Shown: in pieces, positions 28,282 to 38,657 of the stretch
Layout of the letters: the number at the start of each line of letters is the position of its first letter
Numbering within the stretch: the stretch's first letter is position 1
Source: an uncultured Sphingomonadales bacterium
GTDB lineage: Bacteria; Pseudomonadota; Alphaproteobacteria; Sphingomonadales; Sphingomonadaceae
Direction of reading: 5' to 3'
NCBI GenBank assembly: GCA_963922745.1
Contig: CAWUKF010000001.1
Coordinates: 183-64,182 of the forward strand
Length of the DNA: 64,000 nucleotides
The notes under the pieces: model-generated
What the model saw: only the letters and a program-made list of their open reading frames with translations
Told to the model about the DNA's origin: nothing
The model's database searches: none
Program-made: the position numbers and the translations under genes

Positions 28282-29106
28282 GTGCCCTATCCAGACCCGG
28301 ATGCACGACCTTGTGACACCCATCCAATGGCCTATCGACTGTGGGACGGAGCGACCCCGATGGGTTATATAAGATTCACCTTGCGCATGATGCTGATTTT
28401 TGCGGCGTTGTTCGTCTGCATCCCCTTTTACTACCTTTGGCGGCTATTGCGCCTGCCCAATCCCTGGCCCCGGACATTTCTCAAAATCGCCGCTTTCGCC
28501 TGCGGCGCGCGGGTAAAGATTGTCGGCACTCCGATCCGCCGCGACGTATTCTTCATTTCCAATCATCTTTCCTGGGTGGATATTGCGATCCTTGGAGGCC
28601 ATAGCGGAACGGCCTTTGTTTCGAAGGAAGAGATTGGCAACTGGCCGATCATCGGCTGGCTCTGCAAGTTGAACGACACGGTGTTCGTGTCCCGCTCCGA
28701 CCGGATGGGCGTGGCGCAGCAGATCAACCAGTTGCGCGACGCGCTCGAGGAAACCTGGGCGATCACCATCTTTCCGGAAGGCACCACGACCGACGGCTCC
28801 ACCCTGCTCCCGTTCAAGGCTCCGCTGCTCAAGGTCCTCGAACCGCCACCGCCAGGAATCATGGTGCAGCCAATTTTTCTGAACTACGGCAAAAATGCGT
28901 ACGAGATTGGATGGACGGGCGAGGAAAGTGCGCCATCCAACGCCTGGCGGCTTCTGACCCGGCCAGGCAGCTTTGTGGTTGACGTCCATTTTCTGGAACC
29001 CTTTGATCCGGCCCATTATTCGGGACGGAAAGAGATTGCGGCAGAGGCCCGGCGCAGAATAGCGGTGCCGCTTTCAGCTTCCCTGGGGGGAAAAGCCATT
29101 GTATAG
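28282..29106 (+). CDS. Lysophospholipid acyltransferase (PlsC/OlsA-like)
   Basis: SNHLSWVD (HX4D) and IFPEGTT. Start uncertain. Confidence 0.88.
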   Translation: MPYPDPDARPCDTHPMAYRLWDGATPMGYIRFTLRMMLIFAALFVCIPFYYLWRLLRLPNPWPRTFLKIAAFACGARVKIVGTPIRRDVFFISNHLSWVDIAILGGHSGTAFVSKEEIGNWPIIGWLCKLNDTVFVSRSDRMGVAQQINQLRDALEETWAITIFPEGTTTDGSTLLPFKAPLLKVLEPPPPGIMVQPIFLNYGKNAYEIGWTGEESAPSNAWRLLTRPGSFVVDVHFLEPFDPAHYSGRKEIAAEARRRIAVPLSASLGGKAIV

Positions 29107-29115
29107 CCGCGGTCT

Positions 29116-30453
29116 ATGACCCAAGCCGATCCCAAAAAATTTCATATCAAATCCTTTGGTTGCCAGATGAACGTCTATGACGGCGAGCGCATGTCCGAAC
29201 TGCTCGTGGACCAGGGCATGAGCGCCGCCGAAAATGGCGAGGACGCCGACCTTGTGGTCCTCAACACTTGCCATATCCGCGAGAAGGCAGTCGACAAGGT
29301 CTATTCCGATATCGGGCGGTTGCGCCGCAAAGACGGATCGACCCCGATGATCGCGGTGGCGGGCTGCGTCGCCCAGGCGGAGGGAAAGGAAATTTCCCGG
29401 CGTGCGCCGAGTGTCGATATCGTCGTCGGGCCTCAGGCCTATCATCGCTTGCCCGAACTGATGGAACAGGCAAAATCCGGCAAGAAGGCGCTCGATACCG
29501 ACATGCCCGCCGTGTCCAAATTCGATATTCTGCCGTCCCGCGGCAAACAGGCTCGCCCCACGGCATTCCTCACGGTGCAGGAAGGGTGCGACAAGTTCTG
29601 TACCTATTGTGTAGTCCCCTACACCCGGGGCGCGGAAATTTCACGGCCATGGAATGATCTGGTCGACGAGGCCAAGGCGCTGGTCGATGGCGGTGCGCGG
29701 GAAATCACGCTGCTGGGACAGAATGTCAATGCATGGACTGGGCAGGATGACAAGGGCCAGAGCCAGGGTCTGGATGGCCTGATCCGGGCGCTCGACCAAA
29801 TTCCCGGCCTGAAGCGCATTCGCTACATGACGAGCCATCCAAATGACATGACCGAAGGCCTGGTCGCCGCGCATGGCGACGTCGAAAAGCTGATGCCTTT
29901 CCTGCACCTTCCCGTCCAGTCCGGCAGCGACCGTATCCTGAAGGCGATGAACCGGTCGCATAGCGGCCAAAGCTATCTCGACATTCTCAAGAAAATGCGC
30001 GCCGTAAGACCTGACATCGCGCTTTCGGGGGATTTTATCGTCGGCTTTCCCGGTGAAACCGAACAGGATTTCGAGGAAACGCTGCAGATTGTCCGCGAGG
30101 CTCGTTATTCACAGGCTTTTTCGTTCAAATATTCGCCGCGTCCGGGGACACCGGCGGCGGGCATGGCTGAACAGGTCGCACCGGAGGTGATGGACGAACG
30201 GTTGCGGCGCTTGCAGGCATTGCTGAACGAGCAGCAATATGAGTTCAACCAGGCTACAGTGGGACGGACGACCGATATTCTGCTCGAGCGAACGGGAAAG
30301 CTTGACGGCCAGCTTATCGGGAAAACGCCGTGGCTGCAGTCGGTTCATATCATTTCGCCGGATCTCCAGATCGGAGATCTGGTTGAAGTCGAAATCACCC
30401 AGGCCGGCCCTAACAGTCTCACCGGCCAGATCAGAGAAAGACTAGCAGCCTGA
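29116..30453 (+). CDS. miaB: tRNA-i6A37 methylthiotransferase
   Basis: SFGCQMNVYD, NTCHIREKA, the radical SAM motif CDKFCTYC and a TRAM domain. Confidence 0.97.
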   Translation: MTQADPKKFHIKSFGCQMNVYDGERMSELLVDQGMSAAENGEDADLVVLNTCHIREKAVDKVYSDIGRLRRKDGSTPMIAVAGCVAQAEGKEISRRAPSVDIVVGPQAYHRLPELMEQAKSGKKALDTDMPAVSKFDILPSRGKQARPTAFLTVQEGCDKFCTYCVVPYTRGAEISRPWNDLVDEAKALVDGGAREITLLGQNVNAWTGQDDKGQSQGLDGLIRALDQIPGLKRIRYMTSHPNDMTEGLVAAHGDVEKLMPFLHLPVQSGSDRILKAMNRSHSGQSYLDILKKMRAVRPDIALSGDFIVGFPGETEQDFEETLQIVREARYSQAFSFKYSPRPGTPAAGMAEQVAPEVMDERLRRLQALLNEQQYEFNQATVGRTTDILLERTGKLDGQLIGKTPWLQSVHIISPDLQIGDLVEVEITQAGPNSLTGQIRERLAA

Positions 30454-31484
30454 TGGCACAAAAACCCAAAGCCGCGACGGCGGGAAAACTGATCAAGATG
30501 GACCTGGAATTTGACGATCCCCAGATATTGGGTGACCTGTTCGGCGAATATGACCGGAATATTGTCGCGATCGAAAACCGGCTCGGCGTCTACATCGCGG
30601 CGCGCGGGACGAAGTTGAAGATCGAGGGCGAGGAAGAAGCCGTCGCACAGGCACGGGATGTCCTGACCGGTATTTACAACCGTCTGGAACAGGGCCAGGA
30701 AATTGACAACGGCGCGGTCGAGGCGATCATTGCGATGGCCGCTGATCCGCGCGTCGCCAAGGTGGCGAAGCAGGCGGCAGCCAGCACGAGCGACAACAAG
30801 AACAACGTCGCGGACGCACCGAAGGTGATGATCCGGACCCGCAAGAAGACAATTTTCCCGCGCTCGGTACGCCAGGCGCATTATATGGAAGCGCTGGCGC
30901 GGGACGACATGATCTTTGCGCTGGGTCCTGCAGGGACGGGCAAGACCTATCTCGCGGTGGCCCAGGCGGTTTCGCAACTGATCAGCGGTTCGGTGGACCG
31001 GCTGATCCTTTCGCGTCCGGCAGTCGAGGCGGGCGAGAAGATCGGCTTCCTGCCCGGCGACCTGAAAGAGAAAGTCGATCCGTTTCTCCGTCCGCTCTAT
31101 GATGCGCTCTATGATACCTTGCCGGCCGAACAGGTGGAGCGCCGGATAGAAAGCGGCGAGATAGAAATTGCACCGATTGCCTTCATGCGCGGCAGAACCC
31201 TGTCCGATGCGTTCGTGATTCTCGACGAAGCGCAGAATACCACGGCGGCCCAGATGAAAATGTTCCTGACCCGCTTTGGCATGAACAGCCGGATGGTGAT
31301 CTGCGGCGACCCCAAGCAGGTCGACTTGCCCAGAGAAGCCGTGTCCGGCCTCGCCGACGCAGTATCCAAGCTGGAGGGCATAGAAGGCGTGAGCTCGGTC
31401 CAGTTCGGTGCCAGCGATGTGGTCCGCCACCCCTTGGTTGGGAAAATTGTTGAAGCCTACGAAGGCAAAGATGCTCCAGACTGA
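30453..31484 (+). CDS. phoH: PhoH-family ATPase (YbeZ-like)
   Basis: GPAGTGKTYLA, RPAVEAGE and AFMRGRT. Confidence 0.93.
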   Translation: MAQKPKAATAGKLIKMDLEFDDPQILGDLFGEYDRNIVAIENRLGVYIAARGTKLKIEGEEEAVAQARDVLTGIYNRLEQGQEIDNGAVEAIIAMAADPRVAKVAKQAAASTSDNKNNVADAPKVMIRTRKKTIFPRSVRQAHYMEALARDDMIFALGPAGTGKTYLAVAQAVSQLISGSVDRLILSRPAVEAGEKIGFLPGDLKEKVDPFLRPLYDALYDTLPAEQVERRIESGEIEIAPIAFMRGRTLSDAFVILDEAQNTTAAQMKMFLTRFGMNSRMVICGDPKQVDLPREAVSGLADAVSKLEGIEGVSSVQFGASDVVRHPLVGKIVEAYEGKDAPD

Positions 31485-31986
31485 ACTGAGCGCCTCTTCA
31501 CAATGGGACAGCGGCGCCGACTGGGAGGATCTGGCCGAGCGGGCCGCTGATGCGGCGATCCGCGCTTCTTCCCATGCCGATCTCCTGCTACGGAATTTTG
31601 CTCTCGAAGTGAGCGTGAAGCTCTCCGACGACAGCGAGGTCCATGCCCTGAACAAGGCCTATCGCGGCAAGGACAAGCCGACCAATGTCCTGTCCTTTCC
31701 ACAGATCCAGCCCGATCTTCTGGACGCGCTTTCCAACACCGACGACGGCGAGGCTTTGCTGGGAGATATTATCCTGGCCTACGAGACATGTCGCGAGGAG
31801 GCATCAGCCAAGAATATCGCCTTTTCCGATCATATTGCACATTTGATTGTGCACGGGTCCCTGCATTTGCTAGGATATGACCACGAAAACGAAATAGAAG
31901 CAGGGTTGATGGAAAATTGCGAAATCAACGCGTTGGCAACGCTCGGCATTGCCGATCCCTACTCAGAACAAGCACACAGCAGGTAA
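31471..31986 (+). CDS. ybeY: rRNA maturation RNase
   Basis: RGKDKPTNVLSFP and HGSLHLLGYDH. Confidence 0.95.
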   Translation: MLQTELSASSQWDSGADWEDLAERAADAAIRASSHADLLLRNFALEVSVKLSDDSEVHALNKAYRGKDKPTNVLSFPQIQPDLLDALSNTDDGEALLGDIILAYETCREEASAKNIAFSDHIAHLIVHGSLHLLGYDHENEIEAGLMENCEINALATLGIADPYSEQAHSR

Positions 31987-31999
31987 ACAGAATATCAGA

Positions 32000-32938
32000 A
32001 TGACCGACGTTGAAAATGACAATGGCTCCGGCACGGCGCGCAGCAGCAGCCAGTCCAGGGAGGAAGAAGAACCCGGGCGAATATGGCGGAGCCTGAAGGC
32101 TCTGCTGTTCGGCAATACCGACGACAATAGTCTGCGAGCGCAGATCGAAGAAGTTCTCGACGACCACGAAAACGACACGGAATCCGACTCCAATAGCAAG
32201 GCGGACATATCACCGCTGGAACTCGAGATGCTGCGCAACATGCTGCATTTCAGCGAGCATCGGGTCGACGATATCGCGGTGCCCCGGGCGGATATAATCG
32301 CCATTGAGGTGACTTCCCCATTTAGCGATTTCGTCGATATATTCTCAGAGCACGGCCACAGCCGGATCCCGGTCTACCGGGAGAATCTGGACAACATCAT
32401 CGGCATGATCCACATCAAGGATATCTTTGCGATCGTCGCCAAGGGCGGGCCTTTCCCGGATGACATAACGCCGTTTCTGCGGCAGCCGCGCTTTGTTCCG
32501 GAATCTATGGGTGTGCTCGACCTCCTCGCCGAAATGCGCGCGACCCGGATCCATCTGGCGATTATTTTCGACGAATATAACGGGACGGAAGGCTTGGTCA
32601 CGATCGAGGATATTGTCGAGGAAATTACCGGCGAGATCGAGGACGAGCATGACGATGAGCCGGTTCCCCTCCTGGTCCAGATGGACGACGGGATATGGGA
32701 AGCGGATGCCCGCGCAGAACTGGATGATGTTGGCGAGAAGATCGACCCCGCTTTGGAAGAAATCGATGAGGACGTCGACACAATCGGCGGCTTGTCCTTC
32801 GTGCTGGCCGGCCATATTCCAAGAGTGGGTGAGCGGCTGGAACATCCCAGCGGATGGATTCTGGAAATTACCGAAGCGGACGATCGCCGGGTCACTCGTC
32901 TGCGCCTGTATCCGCCGCCGACAACGGACAGCGAATAG
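32000..32938 (+). CDS. corC: CBS/CorC-HlyC domain protein (CorC/YbeX-like)
   Basis: HSRIPVY and GLVTIEDIVEEITGEIEDEHD; conserved position after ybeY. Confidence 0.85.
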   Translation: MTDVENDNGSGTARSSSQSREEEEPGRIWRSLKALLFGNTDDNSLRAQIEEVLDDHENDTESDSNSKADISPLELEMLRNMLHFSEHRVDDIAVPRADIIAIEVTSPFSDFVDIFSEHGHSRIPVYRENLDNIIGMIHIKDIFAIVAKGGPFPDDITPFLRQPRFVPESMGVLDLLAEMRATRIHLAIIFDEYNGTEGLVTIEDIVEEITGEIEDEHDDEPVPLLVQMDDGIWEADARAELDDVGEKIDPALEEIDEDVDTIGGLSFVLAGHIPRVGERLEHPSGWILEITEADDRRVTRLRLYPPPTTDSE

Positions 32939-32943
32939 GCCGG

Positions 32944-33597
32944 TCAAGCCTCGGCCAGTTGCGCAGCCCGGATCCGCCAGCTTTCTGCCAGCAATGAATT
33001 GGCGGAAAGCGCCCTGAGATCCTCGCGATTGTCCGCGTGCTCACCGGCGATGATCATCCCGAACAACCGGTCCAGCGGCCAGTCAGGCATTGGTCTTTCC
33101 TGCTGAACCATCCCGTCCCCTGCCCGCACGAGTCCTTCCTCCAAGACCCGAAAATAGCTGCCTGAGCGGCGTGTCTGGATCACGGATTTTAGAACATCCC
33201 GCTTGCCGAAACGGTGATTGAGTTTCCAGCAAGGCTGCCGCGCGTGGCTGCATTGGATCAGCGCTTCGCCGACCCGAAAAATATCCCCCAGACAGAGCCG
33301 GGATTCGACCAGTTGCGTGCAGTTGAAATTTTCACCGAAGGCCCCCGGCTGGTCCAACAGGCGCAGATCCGGATATTTGGCTTGCCAATATCCATAATGT
33401 TCTGCGGGGTAGAGATGGACCGCCTTGTCGGGTCCGCCGTGGTGCACGGGATCGGCTACCCGATTGCCTTCAAGACCCTCGAAACGAAGCATCAGGGGTT
33501 GATCTGTCGCGGTTTTGGCGATGGCGCTCATCTCTCCATCTTCGCGAAAGGGTTTTGGTGTGCCTGTCAGCACATGGTCAAGCCGAGTCCGGATCAT
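32944..33597 (-). CDS. MOSC domain protein (YiiM-like)
   Basis: HHGGPDKAV, GAFGENF and RQPCWKL. Confidence 0.88.
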   Translation of the reverse strand: MIRTRLDHVLTGTPKPFREDGEMSAIAKTATDQPLMLRFEGLEGNRVADPVHHGGPDKAVHLYPAEHYGYWQAKYPDLRLLDQPGAFGENFNCTQLVESRLCLGDIFRVGEALIQCSHARQPCWKLNHRFGKRDVLKSVIQTRRSGSYFRVLEEGLVRAGDGMVQQERPMPDWPLDRLFGMIIAGEHADNREDLRALSANSLLAESWRIRAAQLAEA

Positions 33598-33661
33598 TTG
33601 CGTCTGCTAGCCGAGCAAGTTCACAATGGCAATTCACCGCTGACTATGCTTGAAGGTTTCG

Positions 33662-34843
33662 ATGGAAATCAATGACCTTCGCATTGCCCTGTACAGCGGC
33701 AATTATAATTTTGTCCGCGATGGCGCCAACCAGGCGCTCAACCGGCTGGTCGACTATCTGCTGCGGCAGGGGGCGGCCGTGCGCGTCTATTCTCCCACTA
33801 CCGATACGCCGGCTTTCGAACCAACGGGTGATCTGGTCAGCGTGCCCTCGGTCGCCTTTCCCGGACGCGGCGAATATCGTTTTCCGACTCGTATTTCGGG
33901 CGATGTCCGAAAGGATCTCGAGCAGTTCAATCCCAATATCATGCAAATATCCAGTCCCGACCGCGTCGGGCATAAGATGGTATCCTGGGCCCGGCGCAGG
34001 AATATACCGGTGCTGGCCTCTGTGCACACACGGTTTGAAACCTATCCCCGCTATTATAATCTGGCCTTTCTGGAACCGGTGATCGAGGCGATATTACGGC
34101 GCCTGTACCGCCGGTGCGATGCCCTGGTTGCCCCGTCGGAATCAATGGCTCAGGTTCTGCGCGACCAGCGAATGAACTATGATGTCGGTATCTGGTCGCG
34201 CGGCGTTGATCGCGAGATATTCAATTCCGGTCGTCGCGATCTGCCATGGCGCCAATCGCTGGGGATCGCGGATGACGAACCAGTCATCGGCTTCCTGGGT
34301 CGGCTGGTGATGGAAAAGGGGCTTGATGTCTTTTCCGATGCGATAGACGAACTGAAGCGGCGCAACGTAGCACATAAGGTGCTGGTGATCGGCGAAGGAC
34401 CGGCTCAGCAATGGTTTGAAGACCGGATCCCCGACGCCATTTTTGCCGGCTTTCAGCAGGGCAGTGATCTTGGCCGGGCGGTCGCCAGCATGGATATGCT
34501 GTTCAATCCCTCTATCACGGAGACCTTCGGCAATGTCACCCTCGAAGCCATGGCCTGCGGCCTGCCGGTCGTCGCGGCAAAGGCCACCGGCAGCCAGAGC
34601 CTCGTAAAAAATGACGTGTCCGGAAAGCTGATCACGCCGGGGGCGGTACGCGGCTTCGCCGATGCACTGCAGCTCTATTGCGATGACGTTGACCTGCGCC
34701 ATGCCCATGGCTCGGCCGGGGAAAAGCGGGCGGAAGAATATAGCTGGGACCAGATCAACAATGCGGTGGCGCAGACCTATATGCGACTGGTGCGCCAGCG
34801 CCAGGCCGGCCATGGGCCGATCAAGCAGTCCGCCGTCCGCTAG
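33662..34843 (+). CDS. Glycosyltransferase family 4
   Basis: GRLVMEKG and ETFGNVTLEAMACG (EX7E motif). Confidence 0.9.
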   Translation: MEINDLRIALYSGNYNFVRDGANQALNRLVDYLLRQGAAVRVYSPTTDTPAFEPTGDLVSVPSVAFPGRGEYRFPTRISGDVRKDLEQFNPNIMQISSPDRVGHKMVSWARRRNIPVLASVHTRFETYPRYYNLAFLEPVIEAILRRLYRRCDALVAPSESMAQVLRDQRMNYDVGIWSRGVDREIFNSGRRDLPWRQSLGIADDEPVIGFLGRLVMEKGLDVFSDAIDELKRRNVAHKVLVIGEGPAQQWFEDRIPDAIFAGFQQGSDLGRAVASMDMLFNPSITETFGNVTLEAMACGLPVVAAKATGSQSLVKNDVSGKLITPGAVRGFADALQLYCDDVDLRHAHGSAGEKRAEEYSWDQINNAVAQTYMRLVRQRQAGHGPIKQSAVR

Positions 34844-34845
34844 CC

Positions 34846-36165
34846 ATGCCCGGATTGTTTGACGACGAACAAGAGCCGCAACCGGGGTCTGGCAGCATGC
34901 CAGATGCACCGCTGGCCGACCGCTTGCGACCACGGCAGCTGTCCGACATCGTCGGCCAGGACCATCTCGTGGGAGCGGAGGGAACAATTGGCCGCATGGT
35001 CACCGCAGGCCGGCTGTCCTCGATCATTCTCTGGGGCCCTCCCGGCACGGGCAAGACCAGCCTGGCGCGGCTGCTGGCTGACCAGACGGAACTGCATTTC
35101 AAGGCGATATCAGCGGTTTTTTCAGGCGTAGCGGATCTGAAAAAGGTCTTTTCCGAAGCCGAAATGCGGTTCCAGTCCGGCAGGGCCACCCTGTTGTTCG
35201 TCGACGAAATTCATCGGTTCAATCGGTCACAGCAGGACAGCTTCCTGCCCTATGTCGAGCGCGGCACGGTGGTGCTGGTCGGGGCGACAACCGAGAATCC
35301 GTCCTTCGAACTGAACGCCGCCTTGCTCAGCCGAACCCAGGTGCTGATCCTCAACCGACTGGACAGCGATGCCCTGGGCCGGCTTTTGCAGCGAGCCGAA
35401 AGTCTGGAGGGCAGAACGCTGCCCCTTACCGACGAGGCCAGGGATGCCCTGGTCGCCAGCGCAGATGGCGATGGCCGTTTTCTGCTGAACCAGGCAGAAA
35501 CGCTCTTCTCCTTGGACATCAACGAACCTCTCGATCCAGCGGCGCTGGCCAAAACCCTGCATCGCCGTATGCCCGTCTACGACAAGGACCGGGAGGGACA
35601 TTACAACCTGATTTCCGCGCTGCACAAAGCATTGCGGGGATCTGACCCGCAGGCTTCGCTCTACTATCTCGCCCGGATGCTGGTTGCTGGAGAGGAGCCG
35701 CTCTATGTGCTGCGCCGGATTGTCCGCTTTGCCAGCGAGGATATCGGCCTCGCAGATCCGCAGGCGCTGGTCCAAGCGCTGGCGGCCAAGGATGCCTATG
35801 AATTTCTCGGCAGTCCCGAAGGGGAACTGGCCATCGTACAGGCCTGTCTCTACTGCGCCACTGCCCCCAAATCCAATGCCGCCTACAAGGCGCAGAAGCA
35901 GGCCTGGAAGTCCGCCCGGCAAACCGGCTCGCTGATGCCGCCGCAGAATATCCTCAATGCTCCGACCAAGCTGATGAAAGACATTGGTTACGGGTCGGGA
36001 TATAGCTACGATCACGAAAGCGATGATGGGTTTTCCGGTGACAATTACTGGCCCGAGGACATGCAGCCGGAAAGATTTTATCAGCCGGTCGACCGGGGTT
36101 TCGAACACAAGATCCGCGAACGGCTTGATTATTGGGAGAATTTGCGTGCGAAAAAAACTGGTTAG
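34846..36165 (+). CDS. rarA: Replication-associated recombination protein A
   Basis: PLADRLRP, WGPPGTGKT, DEIHRFN, GATTENPSF and ASEDIG. Confidence 0.95.
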   Translation: MPGLFDDEQEPQPGSGSMPDAPLADRLRPRQLSDIVGQDHLVGAEGTIGRMVTAGRLSSIILWGPPGTGKTSLARLLADQTELHFKAISAVFSGVADLKKVFSEAEMRFQSGRATLLFVDEIHRFNRSQQDSFLPYVERGTVVLVGATTENPSFELNAALLSRTQVLILNRLDSDALGRLLQRAESLEGRTLPLTDEARDALVASADGDGRFLLNQAETLFSLDINEPLDPAALAKTLHRRMPVYDKDREGHYNLISALHKALRGSDPQASLYYLARMLVAGEEPLYVLRRIVRFASEDIGLADPQALVQALAAKDAYEFLGSPEGELAIVQACLYCATAPKSNAAYKAQKQAWKSARQTGSLMPPQNILNAPTKLMKDIGYGSGYSYDHESDDGFSGDNYWPEDMQPERFYQPVDRGFEHKIRERLDYWENLRAKKTG

Positions 36166-37546
36166 CCTTTGTGTTGTCAGCGCGCTGTTTTCTGGCAGTG
36201 CCTTGGCCCAAGATGGGGAATCGGTCCGCTATGACCGCGCTCTGGCGGCAGGTTATAAGGCGCAATTTATCTGTTCCGGCCTGTGGAATGGCGGAAAATC
36301 ACTGGCAGATATCAAGGCGGATGAGCTCACCGGCATTTACGACAGGATTGCCGATATCGTTCCCACACTGGAAGAGGAAGTGGATGAGGCAGAACGGCAG
36401 GTCCGTGTCCGTTTTGCCGACGATGCGCCGCCGCGCGCTGCGATCTGGAATCGCAAGAGTGGTTGCACCGCAATGCCGATCGGGCTCGGCGGGATAAAAG
36501 CCGGCCCGCGGACCAAGATGCGTGAATTTCATGACGACCTGCCGTGGCCGATGGGGGATCGAGATGCGCTTGCGCAGAAACGGGCCGGATTAACGGGCTA
36601 TGAGATCGTTGCCGCGCGGGCATTCCAACCCCAGGCCTTTGGCGGAAAAACCAGCGCTGTGCTCATTTTGCATAACGGCAAAATCCAGACAGAAAAATAC
36701 AAGGTCGGTCATGATCTGCACACCGGGCAGCGCACCTGGTCGGTCGCGAAATCCATCGCCGGCACCTTGATTGGCCATTCCGTGCAGCACGGCATGGTCG
36801 ATGTAAGTGCCACAACCGGCCTGCCGCAATGGCAGAAATTCGGCGATCCGCGCCAATTCATCACAATCGACAATCTCATGCGCATGGCCAGTGGGCTGAT
36901 CAGCGACACGGCCGGTAATCGAACGGACGCAATCTATATGGGTGGCACCAGCGCGAGTGAACAAGCACCCATCTGGCCGCTGCTTTACCAACCTGGCACC
37001 AGGTTTCGCTATGCCAATAATGACATATTGTTGGCCGTGCTTGCCGCTCAGGCCGGGCATCTGGACAAAAACGCCAGGCTTGAGAACGACATGCCCGCAG
37101 ACCATGATTTCGATCCTTATGGTTTCTTCCAGAAACTGGGCATGACTCGCACCTATGCGGAGACGGACTGGCAGGACAATTACATCCTTTCCAGCCAGGT
37201 CTGGACCACCGCGCGCGATCTGGGCCGTCTGGGACAGCTATATCTGAACAACGGCCTTTGGAACGGCGAGCGGCTGCTGCCGGAGAACTGGCGGGAATAT
37301 GTCAGTACGCCATCGGGACCGCAGCCGGAAGATGGCAAGTTTGGCTATGGGGCAACCTTCTGGCTGATGAACAAGTCCGAGGGAATACCGAAGGACGCCT
37401 TTGCCGGCTTTGGCAACCGCGGCCAGTATCTCGTAATCATTCCCTCCCTCGATCTGGTCATCGTCCGGCGCGGCTATGACAGCAGCGAGAACCGCTTTGA
37501 TATCGAAGCCTTCACCCGGGAAATTGTCGCAGCGGCCAAATCGTGA
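36146..37546 (+). CDS. Exported serine hydrolase (beta-lactamase family)
   Basis: GTG start behind GGGAGA, signal peptide, WSVAKS (SxxK), FRYANN and GFGNRGQ. Confidence 0.85.
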   Translation: MRKKLVSLCVVSALFSGSALAQDGESVRYDRALAAGYKAQFICSGLWNGGKSLADIKADELTGIYDRIADIVPTLEEEVDEAERQVRVRFADDAPPRAAIWNRKSGCTAMPIGLGGIKAGPRTKMREFHDDLPWPMGDRDALAQKRAGLTGYEIVAARAFQPQAFGGKTSAVLILHNGKIQTEKYKVGHDLHTGQRTWSVAKSIAGTLIGHSVQHGMVDVSATTGLPQWQKFGDPRQFITIDNLMRMASGLISDTAGNRTDAIYMGGTSASEQAPIWPLLYQPGTRFRYANNDILLAVLAAQAGHLDKNARLENDMPADHDFDPYGFFQKLGMTRTYAETDWQDNYILSSQVWTTARDLGRLGQLYLNNGLWNGERLLPENWREYVSTPSGPQPEDGKFGYGATFWLMNKSEGIPKDAFAGFGNRGQYLVIIPSLDLVIVRRGYDSSENRFDIEAFTREIVAAAKS

Positions 37547-38541
37547 CTGGTCCCTATCGCGCTGCCACTTGCACCGCCCTGAGTGGCCCGGAGTCCATCC
37601 AGATTCTGGAGACAGAAGCACGCCCTCTGAACGACGGCGAAGTCCGGATCCGGGTTCGCGCCGCCGGCCTCAACTTCCCCGACCTGCTGATGACGCAAGG
37701 CAAATATCAGTTCCGGCCCGATCCACCGTTCGTACCCGGTCTGGAAGCGGCAGGTGAAGTGATCGAGACGGCAGCAGACGTGCACAGCCTGAAAATCGGC
37801 GATTGCGTTATGGCTGGCGGCAAGGGCGGCGCACTGGCGGAACAGTGGATCGTGCCTGAGACCGCCGTCACTCCCCTGCCATCGGCGCTCTCGTTCAGCG
37901 AAGGGGCTTGCTGGCAGACCGCTGCCTCGACCGCATGGCATGCACTGGTCGAGCGCGGTCAGCTTGGGGCGGGTGAGAGCATCCTGATTCTCGGCGCGAG
38001 CGGGGGCGTCGGCATGGCAGCCGTCAAGATGGCAAAGCATATCGGCGCAATCGTTATCGGTACCGGATCAAACGAGGAAAAGCTGCAGGCCATTGATCAG
38101 GCCGGGGCCGACTATCTGCTTGATCCGTCCGACCCAAATCTGGCCGCCAAAGTCAAGGATTTGACAGGGGGACGCGGCGTCGATTTGGTCTTTGATCCGG
38201 TCGGCGGTGATCTGGCGCTGACCGCGACCCGGGCGATTGCCTGGAACGGTCGCTATCTTATCGTCGGCTTTGCCAGCGGCACCATCCCCTCCTTTCCGGC
38301 CAACCACGTTCTGATCAAGACCTACAGCCTGATCGGTGTCCGAGCGGGCGAAGCACCGCGCCGCGATCCGGAACTGGCCCAGCGGCAAGGCGCGGCGTTA
38401 CGCGACCTCGCAGCTATAGGGGCAATGCGTCCGCATATCTCCCATCGCTTCGCTCTGGCCGATACAGCGGAGGCGCTGGCCGTGCTGGAACGACGCGAGG
38501 CCGTCGGTCGGGTCGTCGTGGAAATTGAGACAAGCTCCTGA
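37543..38541 (+). CDS. NADPH:quinone oxidoreductase family (MDR)
   Basis: GLNFPD, PFVPGLEAAG, GASGGVG and GFASG. Confidence 0.9.
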   Translation: MTGPYRAATCTALSGPESIQILETEARPLNDGEVRIRVRAAGLNFPDLLMTQGKYQFRPDPPFVPGLEAAGEVIETAADVHSLKIGDCVMAGGKGGALAEQWIVPETAVTPLPSALSFSEGACWQTAASTAWHALVERGQLGAGESILILGASGGVGMAAVKMAKHIGAIVIGTGSNEEKLQAIDQAGADYLLDPSDPNLAAKVKDLTGGRGVDLVFDPVGGDLALTATRAIAWNGRYLIVGFASGTIPSFPANHVLIKTYSLIGVRAGEAPRRDPELAQRQGAALRDLAAIGAMRPHISHRFALADTAEALAVLERREAVGRVVVEIETSS

Positions 38542-38657
38542 TTTCCTACCAGTTTTTAAATCGGAATTTGGCCAACCCGATATTGGCTCCTGTCAATTGA
38601 CGCGATAACATGCTATTGGCATATTACAAGATAACCACCACTATTAGGGGAAGCGAA

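Noticed and set aside
35984-36145. N-terminal extension of the serine hydrolase overlapping rarA
   Set aside because: GTG at 36146 has an RBS and is followed directly by a signal peptide.
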